A stretch of DNA of 35,115 nt. It comes from Bryobacterales bacterium (GTDB taxonomy: Bacteria > Acidobacteriota > Terriglobia > Bryobacterales > UBA6623). The notes below the pieces were generated by a model. It searched no databases and was not told the origin of the DNA. It was given only the letters and a program-made list of their open reading frames with translations. This document shows positions 1 through 8,880 of the stretch, one piece after another. The stretch is taken from assembly GCA_022825595.1 (NCBI GenBank), contig JAJDWM010000743.1, forward strand, positions 1-35,115, given 5' to 3'. Numbering within the stretch: the first letter of the stretch is position 1; each line of letters starts with the position of its first letter. The translations under genes and the position numbers were made by a program.

Positions 1-1050
1 GCGCCCGAGGGAGTTCCCTGGGCGTTCTGGTACGGATCGCGGGAGCCGCACCGCGCATACGAGTTTCGGTCCGGAGAGACGTTGGGCGGCAAGCAGCCCG
101 ACGAGATCGATAACGTGCCGGCGTACTGGCCCGACACAGAAACCGTGCGCCACGACATGCTGGACTACGCCTTTGAGATCGAGCACTTCGACGATCACCT
201 GGGGCGCATGCTACAGCAGCTCCAAGACAGAGGGATCCTGTCCAACACGCTGGTGATCGTCACGTCCGACAATGGCATGCCCTTCCCGCGCGCCAAGGCT
301 CAGGAGTACGAAATATCCAATCACCTGCCGCTGGCGATGATGTGGCCGGAGGGAATCCCCCATCCCGGGCGCTCTGTCAGGGATTTTGTGAGCTTTGTCG
401 ACCTGGCACCGACGATCCTAGACGCTGCGGGCGTGGACTGGGACGGTAGCGGAATGCAGCCGGCGGCGGGCCAGAGCCTTGTCCCGCTGCTGCAGTCGGA
501 CGAGTCTGGGCAGGTAGATCCGGCCCGCGATCACGTGCTCATCGGCAAGGAGAGGCACGATATCGGTCGGCCGAACGACGCCGGCTATCCCATTCGCGGC
601 ATTGTGCAGGGCAACCTCCTGTACCTGCGGAACTTCGCTCCCGACCGCTGGCCGGCCGGAAACCCGGAAACGGGATACCTGGCTGTCGACGCAAGTCCGA
701 CCAAGACCGAAATCCTGAACCTGAGGCGGTCGGGAGGGGACGCGAGCTTCTGGGAGATGGCCTTCGGGAAGCGGGGGGCCGAAGAACTCTACAACATCGA
801 AGAAGACCCGGCGTGCGTTCGGAACCTCGCTGACGACCTTGAGTACGCTCCCGCCAAGGAGCGGCTCGCGGACCTGCTAGCGTCGAGGCTCACTGAGCAA
901 GGCGATCCGCGGATGTCGGGCGAGGGCGATGTGTTCGACGCCTACCCGGTCGCGACGCGCTGGGCCGGGTACTACGAGAAGTTCCTTGCGGGCGAGATGG
1001 AGTTCGCCGTTTGGATCATTCGCGACGACATGGATCCGCCAATGGACTGA
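1..1050 (+). CDS. Sulfatase, N-sulfoglucosamine sulfohydrolase-like; 5'-truncated by window edge
   Basis: Frame is open from base 1 ([20 protein letters not shown]...). Sulfatase C-half motifs [24 protein letters not shown] and EELYN. The catalytic CxPxR would lie upstream of the window. Confidence 0.88.
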   Translation, partial: APEGVPWAFWYGSREPHRAYEFRSGETLGGKQPDEIDNVPAYWPDTETVRHDMLDYAFEIEHFDDHLGRMLQQLQDRGILSNTLVIVTSDNGMPFPRAKAQEYEISNHLPLAMMWPEGIPHPGRSVRDFVSFVDLAPTILDAAGVDWDGSGMQPAAGQSLVPLLQSDESGQVDPARDHVLIGKERHDIGRPNDAGYPIRGIVQGNLLYLRNFAPDRWPAGNPETGYLAVDASPTKTEILNLRRSGGDASFWEMAFGKRGAEELYNIEEDPACVRNLADDLEYAPAKERLADLLASRLTEQGDPRMSGEGDVFDAYPVATRWAGYYEKFLAGEMEFAVWIIRDDMDPPMD

Positions 1051-1076
1051 GGGCTGCGGGCCGGGCCCCCAATGCC

Positions 1077-2213
1077 CTACGCGCCCATCATCTCGTCCCA
1101 GGTCACCTCAGCCCGGACGTCCATCGCCATGCGACCGAGGATCGCCGTGAGCGTGCTCTCGGCCCCTCTCACACCGGTGTTTTCGGGCTTGCCCTCGGCA
1201 ATCCGCCTGATGAAGGAGTCCATGGCGTCCAGCGTGTTGCCGCGCTCGGAGGGCTCGAGGACCTCATCGCCCCGACCGCGGTAGTGCCGCCAGTGCAATT
1301 CGGAGGTCTCGATCATTCCGTTCGTCCCGAAGAACTGCTCGTGGACTTCCCGGTAGTTGTTCGAGCCCAAGGTGGAGCCGGCCAGGGAAGCGAGCACGCC
1401 ACCCTCGTACTCATAAACGACGTTGTTGTTGTCGCGCATGTCGCCTGCCCGATCGGCCGTCTTGGAACCGCGGCCGACGGCGCTGAGGGGATGGCCGCCT
1501 AGGAACCAGTTGAGGATGTCGATGCAGTGGACGTTGTTCTCGACGATCAGGTCTCCGGATAGCTCGCTCCAGACATGCCAGCGGCGGATCTTGTCGATGT
1601 CGGTCTCCGGAGGCCGGCGCTCGGACGCCGCGCGCGAGCTTCCCCCCGTCTTGAGAAAGTGGGCGTGGGCCATGCGGATCTCACCGATCGCGCCCGAGTC
1701 GTGGACCCGCTTGGCCTTCAGGTACGTCTTTGCGTAGCGCCTCTGGAAGCCCATCGTGATGTTGAGCCGGCGGTCGGCGGAATCGGAGGCCCTCATGATC
1801 CGCTTGCAGTCCTCGACGCTCACGGCGGCGGGCTTCTCGATGTAGATGTGCTTGCCGGCCCGCACGGCGGCTTCGAAGTGGTCGGCGTGCAGGTGGGGTG
1901 GTGTCGCGATGATGACCGCATCGACGTCTGCGGCTAGGAGTTCGTTCAGGTCGTTGTATTCCTTCGGGGCGTTCGTCCCGATGCGCTGCTTGGCCCGTGC
2001 AATCTGCTCGTCGAACAGGTCGCACATCGCCACCAGCCGCGCATCGGTCGCCTCTAGCAGCGAGCGCGCCAGCGAGCCGCCGCGACCGCCGCATCCGATC
2101 AGGCCAACCGATGGGGCAGAGTTCGCCGCGGCGCCGCGCACGGCCGCGAGGGGTAACGCGATCGCGGCAGTTTGCAGGACCGTCCTGCGGGAAGTCGTGT
2201 TAGATCGTGTCAT
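1077..2213 (-). CDS. Gfo/Idh/MocA family oxidoreductase with Tat signal peptide
   Basis: N-terminal SRRTVLQ twin-arginine motif, Rossmann GLIGCGGRG, KHIYIEKP, ENNVHCID. Confidence 0.92.
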   Translation of the reverse strand: MTRSNTTSRRTVLQTAAIALPLAAVRGAAANSAPSVGLIGCGGRGGSLARSLLEATDARLVAMCDLFDEQIARAKQRIGTNAPKEYNDLNELLAADVDAVIIATPPHLHADHFEAAVRAGKHIYIEKPAAVSVEDCKRIMRASDSADRRLNITMGFQRRYAKTYLKAKRVHDSGAIGEIRMAHAHFLKTGGSSRAASERRPPETDIDKIRRWHVWSELSGDLIVENNVHCIDILNWFLGGHPLSAVGRGSKTADRAGDMRDNNNVVYEYEGGVLASLAGSTLGSNNYREVHEQFFGTNGMIETSELHWRHYRGRGDEVLEPSERGNTLDAMDSFIRRIAEGKPENTGVRGAESTLTAILGRMAMDVRAEVTWDEMMGA

Positions 2214-2240
2214 TTGTAGTGCACCTCGCGCTGGCCCCTC

Positions 2241-3299
2241 TCAGCCCATCATTTCCGATGCCCGGAGCAGGGTCTCATGGACCAAGAGTTCGTGGTCGTA
2301 GGAGTGCTTGAGCGGGGTTTTGGTCTTGAACGCCCTCGCAAACTCCTCGAAGTCTGCAATGTAGCGCGGCTGTGGCCCGAGGTCGACCGTCTGCCAACCC
2401 TCCTTGTAGGGCCCACGGGCGGTCCGCATGGCGACCTGCATCTTCGAGTGACCGCCGAGCGGCTGGATCATCATGGTCCCATCAGTGCCGATCACCTCGA
2501 ACGAGCGATGATCCCCCGACCCGTACATGCGGGCCGTCGTCGAGACCACGGCCAGACCCCCGTCATATTCGAGGACAGCCAATGTGTTGTCCTTCAGATC
2601 GTCGTCGACGCCCGTGTCGTGGCGCAGCCACGTTTGGACATTCGTGGGCCGACCAGTGAACTCCAGCACTCGGTCGATCATGTGGCCGGCTAGCTCGAAC
2701 ATCGCACCTCCCGGATAGCGCGCCTCCAGATCCCGCTGGGACTGGCCGCGGTCCGAGTTCATAGTGGCGCGCACCAAGTGCACGTGTCCTAGCCAACCCT
2801 GATTGGCAGCCTCGACGGCCGCGTTGATGCCGGCTTGGCCGCGCAAGACCCACCCCTTCTGGAGGAGCAGGTCCTTGGCGCGCGCGGCGTCCACCAGTTC
2901 CTTGAAGGGTTCGTAGGTGTCCCCGGCCGGCTTCTCCAAGTGCAGGTGCTTACCGGCATCGATCACCTTGTGGCCCCACGGGATCGCCTGCCAAGGCTTG
3001 CACTCCACAACCACCAGGTCAATGGTGGTGTCGCTTAGCAGCTCGCTCTCTGAGACCCACGCCTGCCCCTTGAAGAGCGGATCCGCCGCCTGGCGCTTCT
3101 GCACTGCATCGTCGTGCTCGCAGATGCAGATCACCTCGTAGTCGGGCGAATCGATCATAGCCTGGAGTTTTCCTCGCACATGGCTGTGCTGGGTGCCCAG
3201 GACGGCGGCGCGAATCTTGGCGCTCTGAGCCTTGGCGCCGCCTGCCGCGGCTAGTGCGGCAGTCGACGACATCAGAAATGCCCTGCGGTCCAATGACAT
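2241..3299 (-). CDS. Gfo/Idh/MocA family oxidoreductase with Tat signal peptide
   Basis: Start moved to ATG 3299 (MSLDRRAFL, Tat motif), with AGAGGGG RBS upstream. Motifs GKHLHLEKP and GGAMFELAGHMID. Confidence 0.9.
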   Translation of the reverse strand: MSLDRRAFLMSSTAALAAAGGAKAQSAKIRAAVLGTQHSHVRGKLQAMIDSPDYEVICICEHDDAVQKRQAADPLFKGQAWVSESELLSDTTIDLVVVECKPWQAIPWGHKVIDAGKHLHLEKPAGDTYEPFKELVDAARAKDLLLQKGWVLRGQAGINAAVEAANQGWLGHVHLVRATMNSDRGQSQRDLEARYPGGAMFELAGHMIDRVLEFTGRPTNVQTWLRHDTGVDDDLKDNTLAVLEYDGGLAVVSTTARMYGSGDHRSFEVIGTDGTMMIQPLGGHSKMQVAMRTARGPYKEGWQTVDLGPQPRYIADFEEFARAFKTKTPLKHSYDHELLVHETLLRASEMMG

Positions 3300-3554
3300 G
3301 GTTCTTTCCCCTCTGGTTCCTTGGCTGCCGCAGTTCGCCAACGGCCGATCGTCGCTGGGAACGTCCTCGCCGGGTCTGCGGCGTTCTTGCTGCGCAAGTC
3401 CATGCATAGTTTGCCACTAAGTGGCGGTCGCGCGCGACCCACGCTCGGGATCCCCGGCAGGCAACAGGCCAAACTTTCGTGACGGTGCCCACATGCACCA
3501 CTCGGGCTGGGCGGCGCGCGCTGTTCCGCAACTCCGGCATGGGTACCATTGGGC

Positions 3555-4838
3555 ATGCCCGTTCACAAGCACGCACGAATCCTGCTGGCAAGCTGCCTAG
3601 TCCTCGCCTCGCTGCTCACCATTCCGCCGGCGGCGGCGCAAGACCTCGTCCCTGCCGTTCCGGAATCGGTCGGGATGTCCAGCGAGCGGCTAAAGCGACT
3701 CGACGACGCCATGCACGAGTACGTCTCGGACGGACGCCTGGCGGGGGCGGTCGTCCTCGTCGCCCGGCGGGGGCGCGTTGTCTATCACAAGGCCTTCGGA
3801 GAGCGGGACATGGAGTCCGGCTCTCCAATGCGAAAGAACGCAATCTTCCGCATTGCGTCACAGACCAAGGCACTGGTAAGCGCGGGGATCCTAGCGCTCC
3901 AAGAGCAGGGGAAACTCCTGATCAGCGATCCTCTCGGCAGATTCCTTCCCGAGTTCAGCAAGACCGGCGTGGCCGTCGCGACAGAGGCCGGCGGATACGA
4001 TGTCGTCCCGGCCAAGAGGCCGATCACGCTTCGGGACCTGCTGACTCACACCGCCGGCATCAGTTACGGCCAAGGGACGGCGAAGGACCGCTGGGAGGCA
4101 GCGGGCGTCCAAGGGTGGTATTTCGCGGACAGGGAGGAGCCCGTGGGCGAGACCATCGCACGCATGGCGTCCCTGCCCTTCGACGCGCAGCCCGGCGAGC
4201 GCTGGGTGTACGGGTACAACACCGACATTCTCGGCGCGGTCGCCGAGCGCGCCAGCGGCAAGCCCTTGGACGTGTTCCTGCGGGAGACGGTCCTGGAGCC
4301 GCTGGACATGAAGGACACGCACTTCTACCTCCCGGAAGGCAAGGCCGGTCGCCTTGCCACGGTCTATTCGGCTACGGAGGACGGGCTCGAACGAGCGCCC
4401 GACCCTGGGCACATGGTCGGGCAGGGGCAGTACCTCAAAGGGCCCCGCGTGAGCTTCTCCGGCGGAGCGGGGCTGCTGTCAACCGCCCGCGACTACTCCC
4501 GCTTCTTGCAGATGATGCTCAACGGAGGGACTCTGGACGGCCAACGCATCCTGAGCCGCAAGACCGTCGAACTCATGGTCTCGGACCATCTCCACGCGAT
4601 CGACTTTCGCCCTGGCCAAGGCTTCGGCCTTGGGTTCTACGTGATCAAGGATGTCGGAGCCCGGGGCACTCCCGGCTCGGTCGGCGAATTCGGCTGGGGC
4701 GGTGCGTACCACTCGACCTATTGGGCGGACCCCCAGGAGGGACTTGTTGTGGCATACCTGACCCAGCTGATCCCCGCGAACGGGCTGGACGACCACTCGA
4801 GGCTGCGGGCGTTGGTCTATCAGGCGATCACCGATTGA
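3555..4838 (+). CDS. Secreted serine hydrolase, beta-lactamase class C/esterase-like family
   Basis: Signal peptide ending PAAA-Q; SxxK (FRIASQTK), LLTHTAG, PGERWVYG, FGWGG. ATG 3555 preferred over TTG 3549. Confidence 0.9.
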   Translation: MPVHKHARILLASCLVLASLLTIPPAAAQDLVPAVPESVGMSSERLKRLDDAMHEYVSDGRLAGAVVLVARRGRVVYHKAFGERDMESGSPMRKNAIFRIASQTKALVSAGILALQEQGKLLISDPLGRFLPEFSKTGVAVATEAGGYDVVPAKRPITLRDLLTHTAGISYGQGTAKDRWEAAGVQGWYFADREEPVGETIARMASLPFDAQPGERWVYGYNTDILGAVAERASGKPLDVFLRETVLEPLDMKDTHFYLPEGKAGRLATVYSATEDGLERAPDPGHMVGQGQYLKGPRVSFSGGAGLLSTARDYSRFLQMMLNGGTLDGQRILSRKTVELMVSDHLHAIDFRPGQGFGLGFYVIKDVGARGTPGSVGEFGWGGAYHSTYWADPQEGLVVAYLTQLIPANGLDDHSRLRALVYQAITD

Positions 4839-5301
4839 GGACCCTGACCGTTCGGTTTCGATCGGGGCGCCCCAAGGAATCGCCGTCCGGCGGACTGGGT
4901 CGGCCTTCTCGCCAGAACGATCCGCGAGCGAACCCTAAGGGTGGCGGGCGGGCCCACTCTTGCGCGGGCAACCTGACCGGTGGCCGGAGTGTCGAGCCAG
5001 CAGCCATGCGCTGGCCCAATCAGCATCACTCGCTCCGGACAGTTTCTCGTTGGCATCCTCTCAAGTGCCACGCCAATATGTCGAGTCTCTGGGGCATGCT
5101 CTTGGTCGGCCTCGAGACAACCGGCGAAGCCGTACGGTCGTGGCTCTAGGGCTAGGCGCTCCTCACGGTTCTCTGGCCACCCACCTGCGCCGGCTGGAGT
5201 TGGCATTGACCAGTACCCCTCGTCGACGACCGTGGTCGTGGCCTCTCCGACCTCCAGCGTCCCCAGCGACCGGGTTCTGAGGAGTGCCCAGCGACCCAAC
5301 T

Positions 5302-6468
5302 TCACTTCCAATCGGCGACTTCACGGCATAGGTCGTGGAGGCCGATGGCCTCGACGCTAGCTTCGACCGGATACCTCTCTGTCCCTCGGTGCACCGCGAA
5401 CGCGCGGGTTGGATTGACATCCCGGCGAGCGTTGTGGAATCCTCGGCGCAGCTTTGGAGGCGTGCCACTCTTGATCGCCATCACCCAGATCTGTCCGCTG
5501 GAATGTTCGAGGACAAGATCGATCTCAGCGCCGTCCGCCGTCCGATAGAAGCTCGGCTGAACACGATTCGGCGCAACAGCCAGCACGTTCTCGATCACGA
5601 AACCTTCCCAACTGTCCCCAACAACCGGGTGCCCGAGCAGCGCATCCATGTCCGGCAGGCCCAGCAGGGCGTGAAGCAGGCCGGAGTCTCGGACGAAGAC
5701 CCTAGGGGACCTGGTGAGTCGCTTGCCAACGTTCGCGACATGCGCCGGCAAGCGCCTCACCAAGAGGAGGTCGACTAAGAGATCGATGTAGCGAATTACG
5801 GTCCTGCCGGACACGGACAATGCGCGCGCCAACCGCGACGCGTTCAGAACGTGACCCTGGCTGTGGGCAAGCATCGTCCAAAATCGGCGCAGGGTTGCCG
5901 CCGGAATGCGCGGACCTATTTGGGGGATGTCCCGCTCCAGGTAGGTCCGGATCAGCTCCTCCCGCCAGACGAAGCTTCGATCATCTGAAACTTGCAGGAA
6001 GCTGGGCGGAAAGCCGCCCCGGAGCCAGAGCCTGTCCCCGTCGGTTGGCGGCAACTCCAGAACACCGAAGGGGTTGAGCTCTATGTAGGCGATCCGACCC
6101 GCGAGGCTCTCGCCGGACTGGTTCAGGAGAGCGCCCGATGCGGATCCGGACAAGAGGAAGCGCCCGGCTGTAAGCCCGCGACGCATCCCTTCGTCAATGA
6201 TGCCACGAAGGGGCGCAAACAGCTCGGGAGCCCTCTGCACTTCGTCGATCACAACCGGTCTCTGAGCGTGGATGGAGAGGTGCCTCACCGGATCGGACAG
6301 CCTTCGAAGGTGGTGCGGGTTCTCCAAGTCAAGGTAGACGCTGTCTTGGCTGTCTGCGATGCCACGGACCAAGGTGGTCTTGCCGACCTGACGCGGGCCG
6401 AGTACTGCTACCGCTGGGAAACACTCAAGTCGCTGTCTCACGCTTGGCTCGGTTTGGCGGGGGATCAT
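5302..6468 (-). CDS. AAA_14 ATPase with C-terminal DUF4143 (PD-(D/E)XK-like) domain
   Basis: Walker A GPRQVGKT, Walker B VVIDEVQ, LSGS, ESLAGR, GGFP, DSGLLH, WEGFV, YRT..GAEIDLV. Confidence 0.9.
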   Translation of the reverse strand: MIPRQTEPSVRQRLECFPAVAVLGPRQVGKTTLVRGIADSQDSVYLDLENPHHLRRLSDPVRHLSIHAQRPVVIDEVQRAPELFAPLRGIIDEGMRRGLTAGRFLLSGSASGALLNQSGESLAGRIAYIELNPFGVLELPPTDGDRLWLRGGFPPSFLQVSDDRSFVWREELIRTYLERDIPQIGPRIPAATLRRFWTMLAHSQGHVLNASRLARALSVSGRTVIRYIDLLVDLLLVRRLPAHVANVGKRLTRSPRVFVRDSGLLHALLGLPDMDALLGHPVVGDSWEGFVIENVLAVAPNRVQPSFYRTADGAEIDLVLEHSSGQIWVMAIKSGTPPKLRRGFHNARRDVNPTRAFAVHRGTERYPVEASVEAIGLHDLCREVADWK

Positions 6469-6667
6469 TCCCGAAAATCTGACATTGCATGCCGGATTTA
6501 CGGGGTTATCGGCGTTTAGTCCCGAGGACGATGGCCCAATGTCCGGGAGTGGGCCACTGCCTCGTCACGGAGAGTCCTCCCGGATTCGGCTGTACTGTGC
6601 CACAGCGCCGGATCCTGGTGACTGGGGCCCGACGCATCGAGTCCGCCGGAAATCCCGCGTCCGCCCC

Positions 6668-6808
6668 TCACGCGACGGCCCTGGCGCTCTCGATCGCACA
6701 AGCCCCATACCGCCGCTCCCGCAGTCCGGGCATGTGTAGGCGTACGCCACCTCATAGCCGGGGCTCAAGCACGATCTGAGCGTCTCTCCCGAACAGCGCG
6801 GTCAGCCG
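6668..6808 (-). pseudogene. Degenerate copy of the 3' end of the LytS-type histidine kinase gene (8881..10215)
   Basis: Manual minus-strand translation RLTALFGRDAQIVLEPRL*GGVRLHMPGLRERRYGACAIESARAVA* aligns to the kinase C-terminus RLTVLFGTDFQFVLEPRQGGGVRARVQIPELRERAAGTAAPERARAVA* (30 of 48 residues by hand count). In-frame TGA at 6752-6754. 23/25 nt identity between 6668-6692 and 8881-8905. Confidence 0.85.
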
Positions 6809-7193
6809 CGGGTTCGGGCACGACGAAACGCCTCCTGGCAGCAGCTGCAAGTCCGGGGCTCAGACTCGACAAGCGGCTGTAGAGACCTGATTCACGCCCG
6901 CATCGAACGGCAGCGAAACCGAAGATGCGGCTGGTGTCATCGCGGGAACCGTCACTGCTGCGATCATCGCCCCGGCTCTCAATCGGGCTGATCGAGACCT
7001 GACGAGGCACACACGGCTGGATCGCCAGGCCGTCCAGTGGAGCAACTGGATCGAGTCTTGCCAGATTGCCCGGCCTGTGACATTTCATGCCCGCGATCGG
7101 CGTCCCTGATTGATCCCGGTGTTCGGCGCGAAGCGCCCAGCGGTCCGCCCATCAGCCATCTCCCAGCTTGGATGCCTGTGCTAACCTGCCTGC

Positions 7194-8420
7194 GTGCGAT
7201 TCCTCTTGGCTGCTCTCCTGCTCGGCAGTACGTTCCTCGGCTGCGATGGGAACTCGTCCGAATCGCAGCCCGTCGCAGCGGGCCCGGTCCAATTTCGAAC
7301 ACACGTCATCGAAGCCGAAATCCCGGGCGGGTACGCCGTGATGACGTCCGACGTCAACAACGACGGGAAACTCGACGTTCTGGGCATGACTTCGCGCATC
7401 AAGGAGTTGCCCTGGTACGAGAACCCCTCTTGGGATCGCCATGTCCTGATCCAGGACATGAACGGTCTGGTGAACATGGCTGCGCATGACGTCGACGGTG
7501 ACGGCATCCCGGAGATCGCGATCGAGAACGAGTTCAGCATGGTTGCCGCCAACAGCAGGGGACTGGTATGGCTCCTCAAGAACGACGGCGACCTCCGCAG
7601 TCCCTGGCGATCCATCCCTGTAGATGAACTGACGACCTCCCACCACCTCGCCTGGGCCGACATCGATGGGGACGGCTCAAAGGAGCTGATCAATGGCCCG
7701 CTGATCGGCGCAGACGCGCTGGCTCCGAAGTACGAAGACAACGTGCCGCTCGTCTACTACCCCGTTCCGGACGCCCTCGACGGCACTTGGGAGAGGCGGC
7801 TCATCGACGACCAGCTCCGAGGTGTTCTGCACCGCGTCCGTGTTGTGCAATGGGACGACGATCCCCGTGAAGAGCTGCTGACTGCCGGATTCGACGGAAT
7901 CACGCTCCACGATCCAACTGGCGAGGGAGAAGAGGTCCGCTGGGAAAACACGCGGCTTTCACGCGGACACAAAGAAGAGCCCAGAACAGCGGGAGCGAGC
8001 GACGTCGCCGTAGGCAGCCTCAACGGTACGCGAATCATCACTTCGGTCGAGCCGTGGCACGGGAATGAGGTCGTCGTGTATACGCAAGACGAGGCCGGCA
8101 CTTGGGAGCGGCAGATCATTTACGACCAGCTCATCGAGGGGCACGAAGTCTGCATGGGTGACTTCAACGGTGACGGACGAGATGACATAGTCGCCGGAGA
8201 CCGCGCTCGGGGCGAGATCGCGGGCTCGCACGTCTTCTACTCACAGGATGACGGCGGGGCCGAATGGTTGCATCAGGATCTCGACCCGATGGGAATGTCC
8301 GCCTCCGGTTGCGAGGTCGCCGACATCAATGGAGACGGGCTTGCGGACATCGTCCAGATCGGCGGTGCGACGAAGAATATCAAGTGGTACGAGAATCTGG
8401 GCCAATCGTCCCAGCCGTAA
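7194..8420 (+). CDS. FG-GAP/VCBS-repeat beta-propeller lipoprotein
   Basis: GTG start and lipobox FLG-C. Repeated Ca-binding loops DVNNDGKLD, DVDGDGIPE, DIDGDGSKE, DFNGDGRDD, DINGDGLAD. Confidence 0.88.
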   Translation: MRFLLAALLLGSTFLGCDGNSSESQPVAAGPVQFRTHVIEAEIPGGYAVMTSDVNNDGKLDVLGMTSRIKELPWYENPSWDRHVLIQDMNGLVNMAAHDVDGDGIPEIAIENEFSMVAANSRGLVWLLKNDGDLRSPWRSIPVDELTTSHHLAWADIDGDGSKELINGPLIGADALAPKYEDNVPLVYYPVPDALDGTWERRLIDDQLRGVLHRVRVVQWDDDPREELLTAGFDGITLHDPTGEGEEVRWENTRLSRGHKEEPRTAGASDVAVGSLNGTRIITSVEPWHGNEVVVYTQDEAGTWERQIIYDQLIEGHEVCMGDFNGDGRDDIVAGDRARGEIAGSHVFYSQDDGGAEWLHQDLDPMGMSASGCEVADINGDGLADIVQIGGATKNIKWYENLGQSSQP

Positions 8421-8880
8421 TCCCAGAGGCCAAGGGACAGCGACGTGCAGGGGATCCCGATCTAGGAACGACCTGAACGGCGCCGCCGCGATCCAACTCC
8501 GACCGCGCTCGCACGGACCGGCGAGGCTTAGCCAGGGCCGGGGGGCGACGCTCGCCAACCGGTTGCAGCCGCCAATTCCGTCGAGAAGGCGCCGCGCTTC
8601 GTCAACGCAATCAAGGAGCGCGGTCTCGCGCCCGTCGCTGACGCCAAGGGGATGGGCGGCAATGCGCTTGGGCCGTGGACGAGACCCAAACTGTGGTCGG
8701 GCGGATTGCCGCATCCCACCCGGGATGCCGACGAGTAGCTTCTCGGCGCCGCGGTCAGCGTGTCCCTGAGGGCGACCTCGACCACGGAGATGCACTTACG
8801 GAACGACCTCCGGAGGCCCATCAGGCGGGAGTGAGTGCTAGTATCCCAACCCGCTTCGCGGGAACTCGGGTGCCCAACCC

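Noticed and set aside
3555-4838. Beta-lactam resistance gene
   Set aside because: It has SxxK but GWGG instead of the KTG triad; typical of esterase/peptidase-like family members, so resistance is unsupported.
3479-5149. 556-aa alternative-frame ORF and many similar long antisense or shadow ORFs across the window
   Set aside because: Arg/Gly/Pro-rich shadows expected in high-GC coding DNA; each overlaps a gene with clear family motifs.
4839-5301. Short ORFs in the spacer (e.g. 4820..5311 minus)
   Set aside because: No recognisable motifs, and they overlap neighbouring genes; possibly decayed DNA but not assignable.
8528-8821. Possible Abi-family remnant (LRRSFRKCISVVEVALRDTL)
   Set aside because: Only a short EVALR-like resemblance; the rest of the frame is uninformative and cannot be supported without a profile search.
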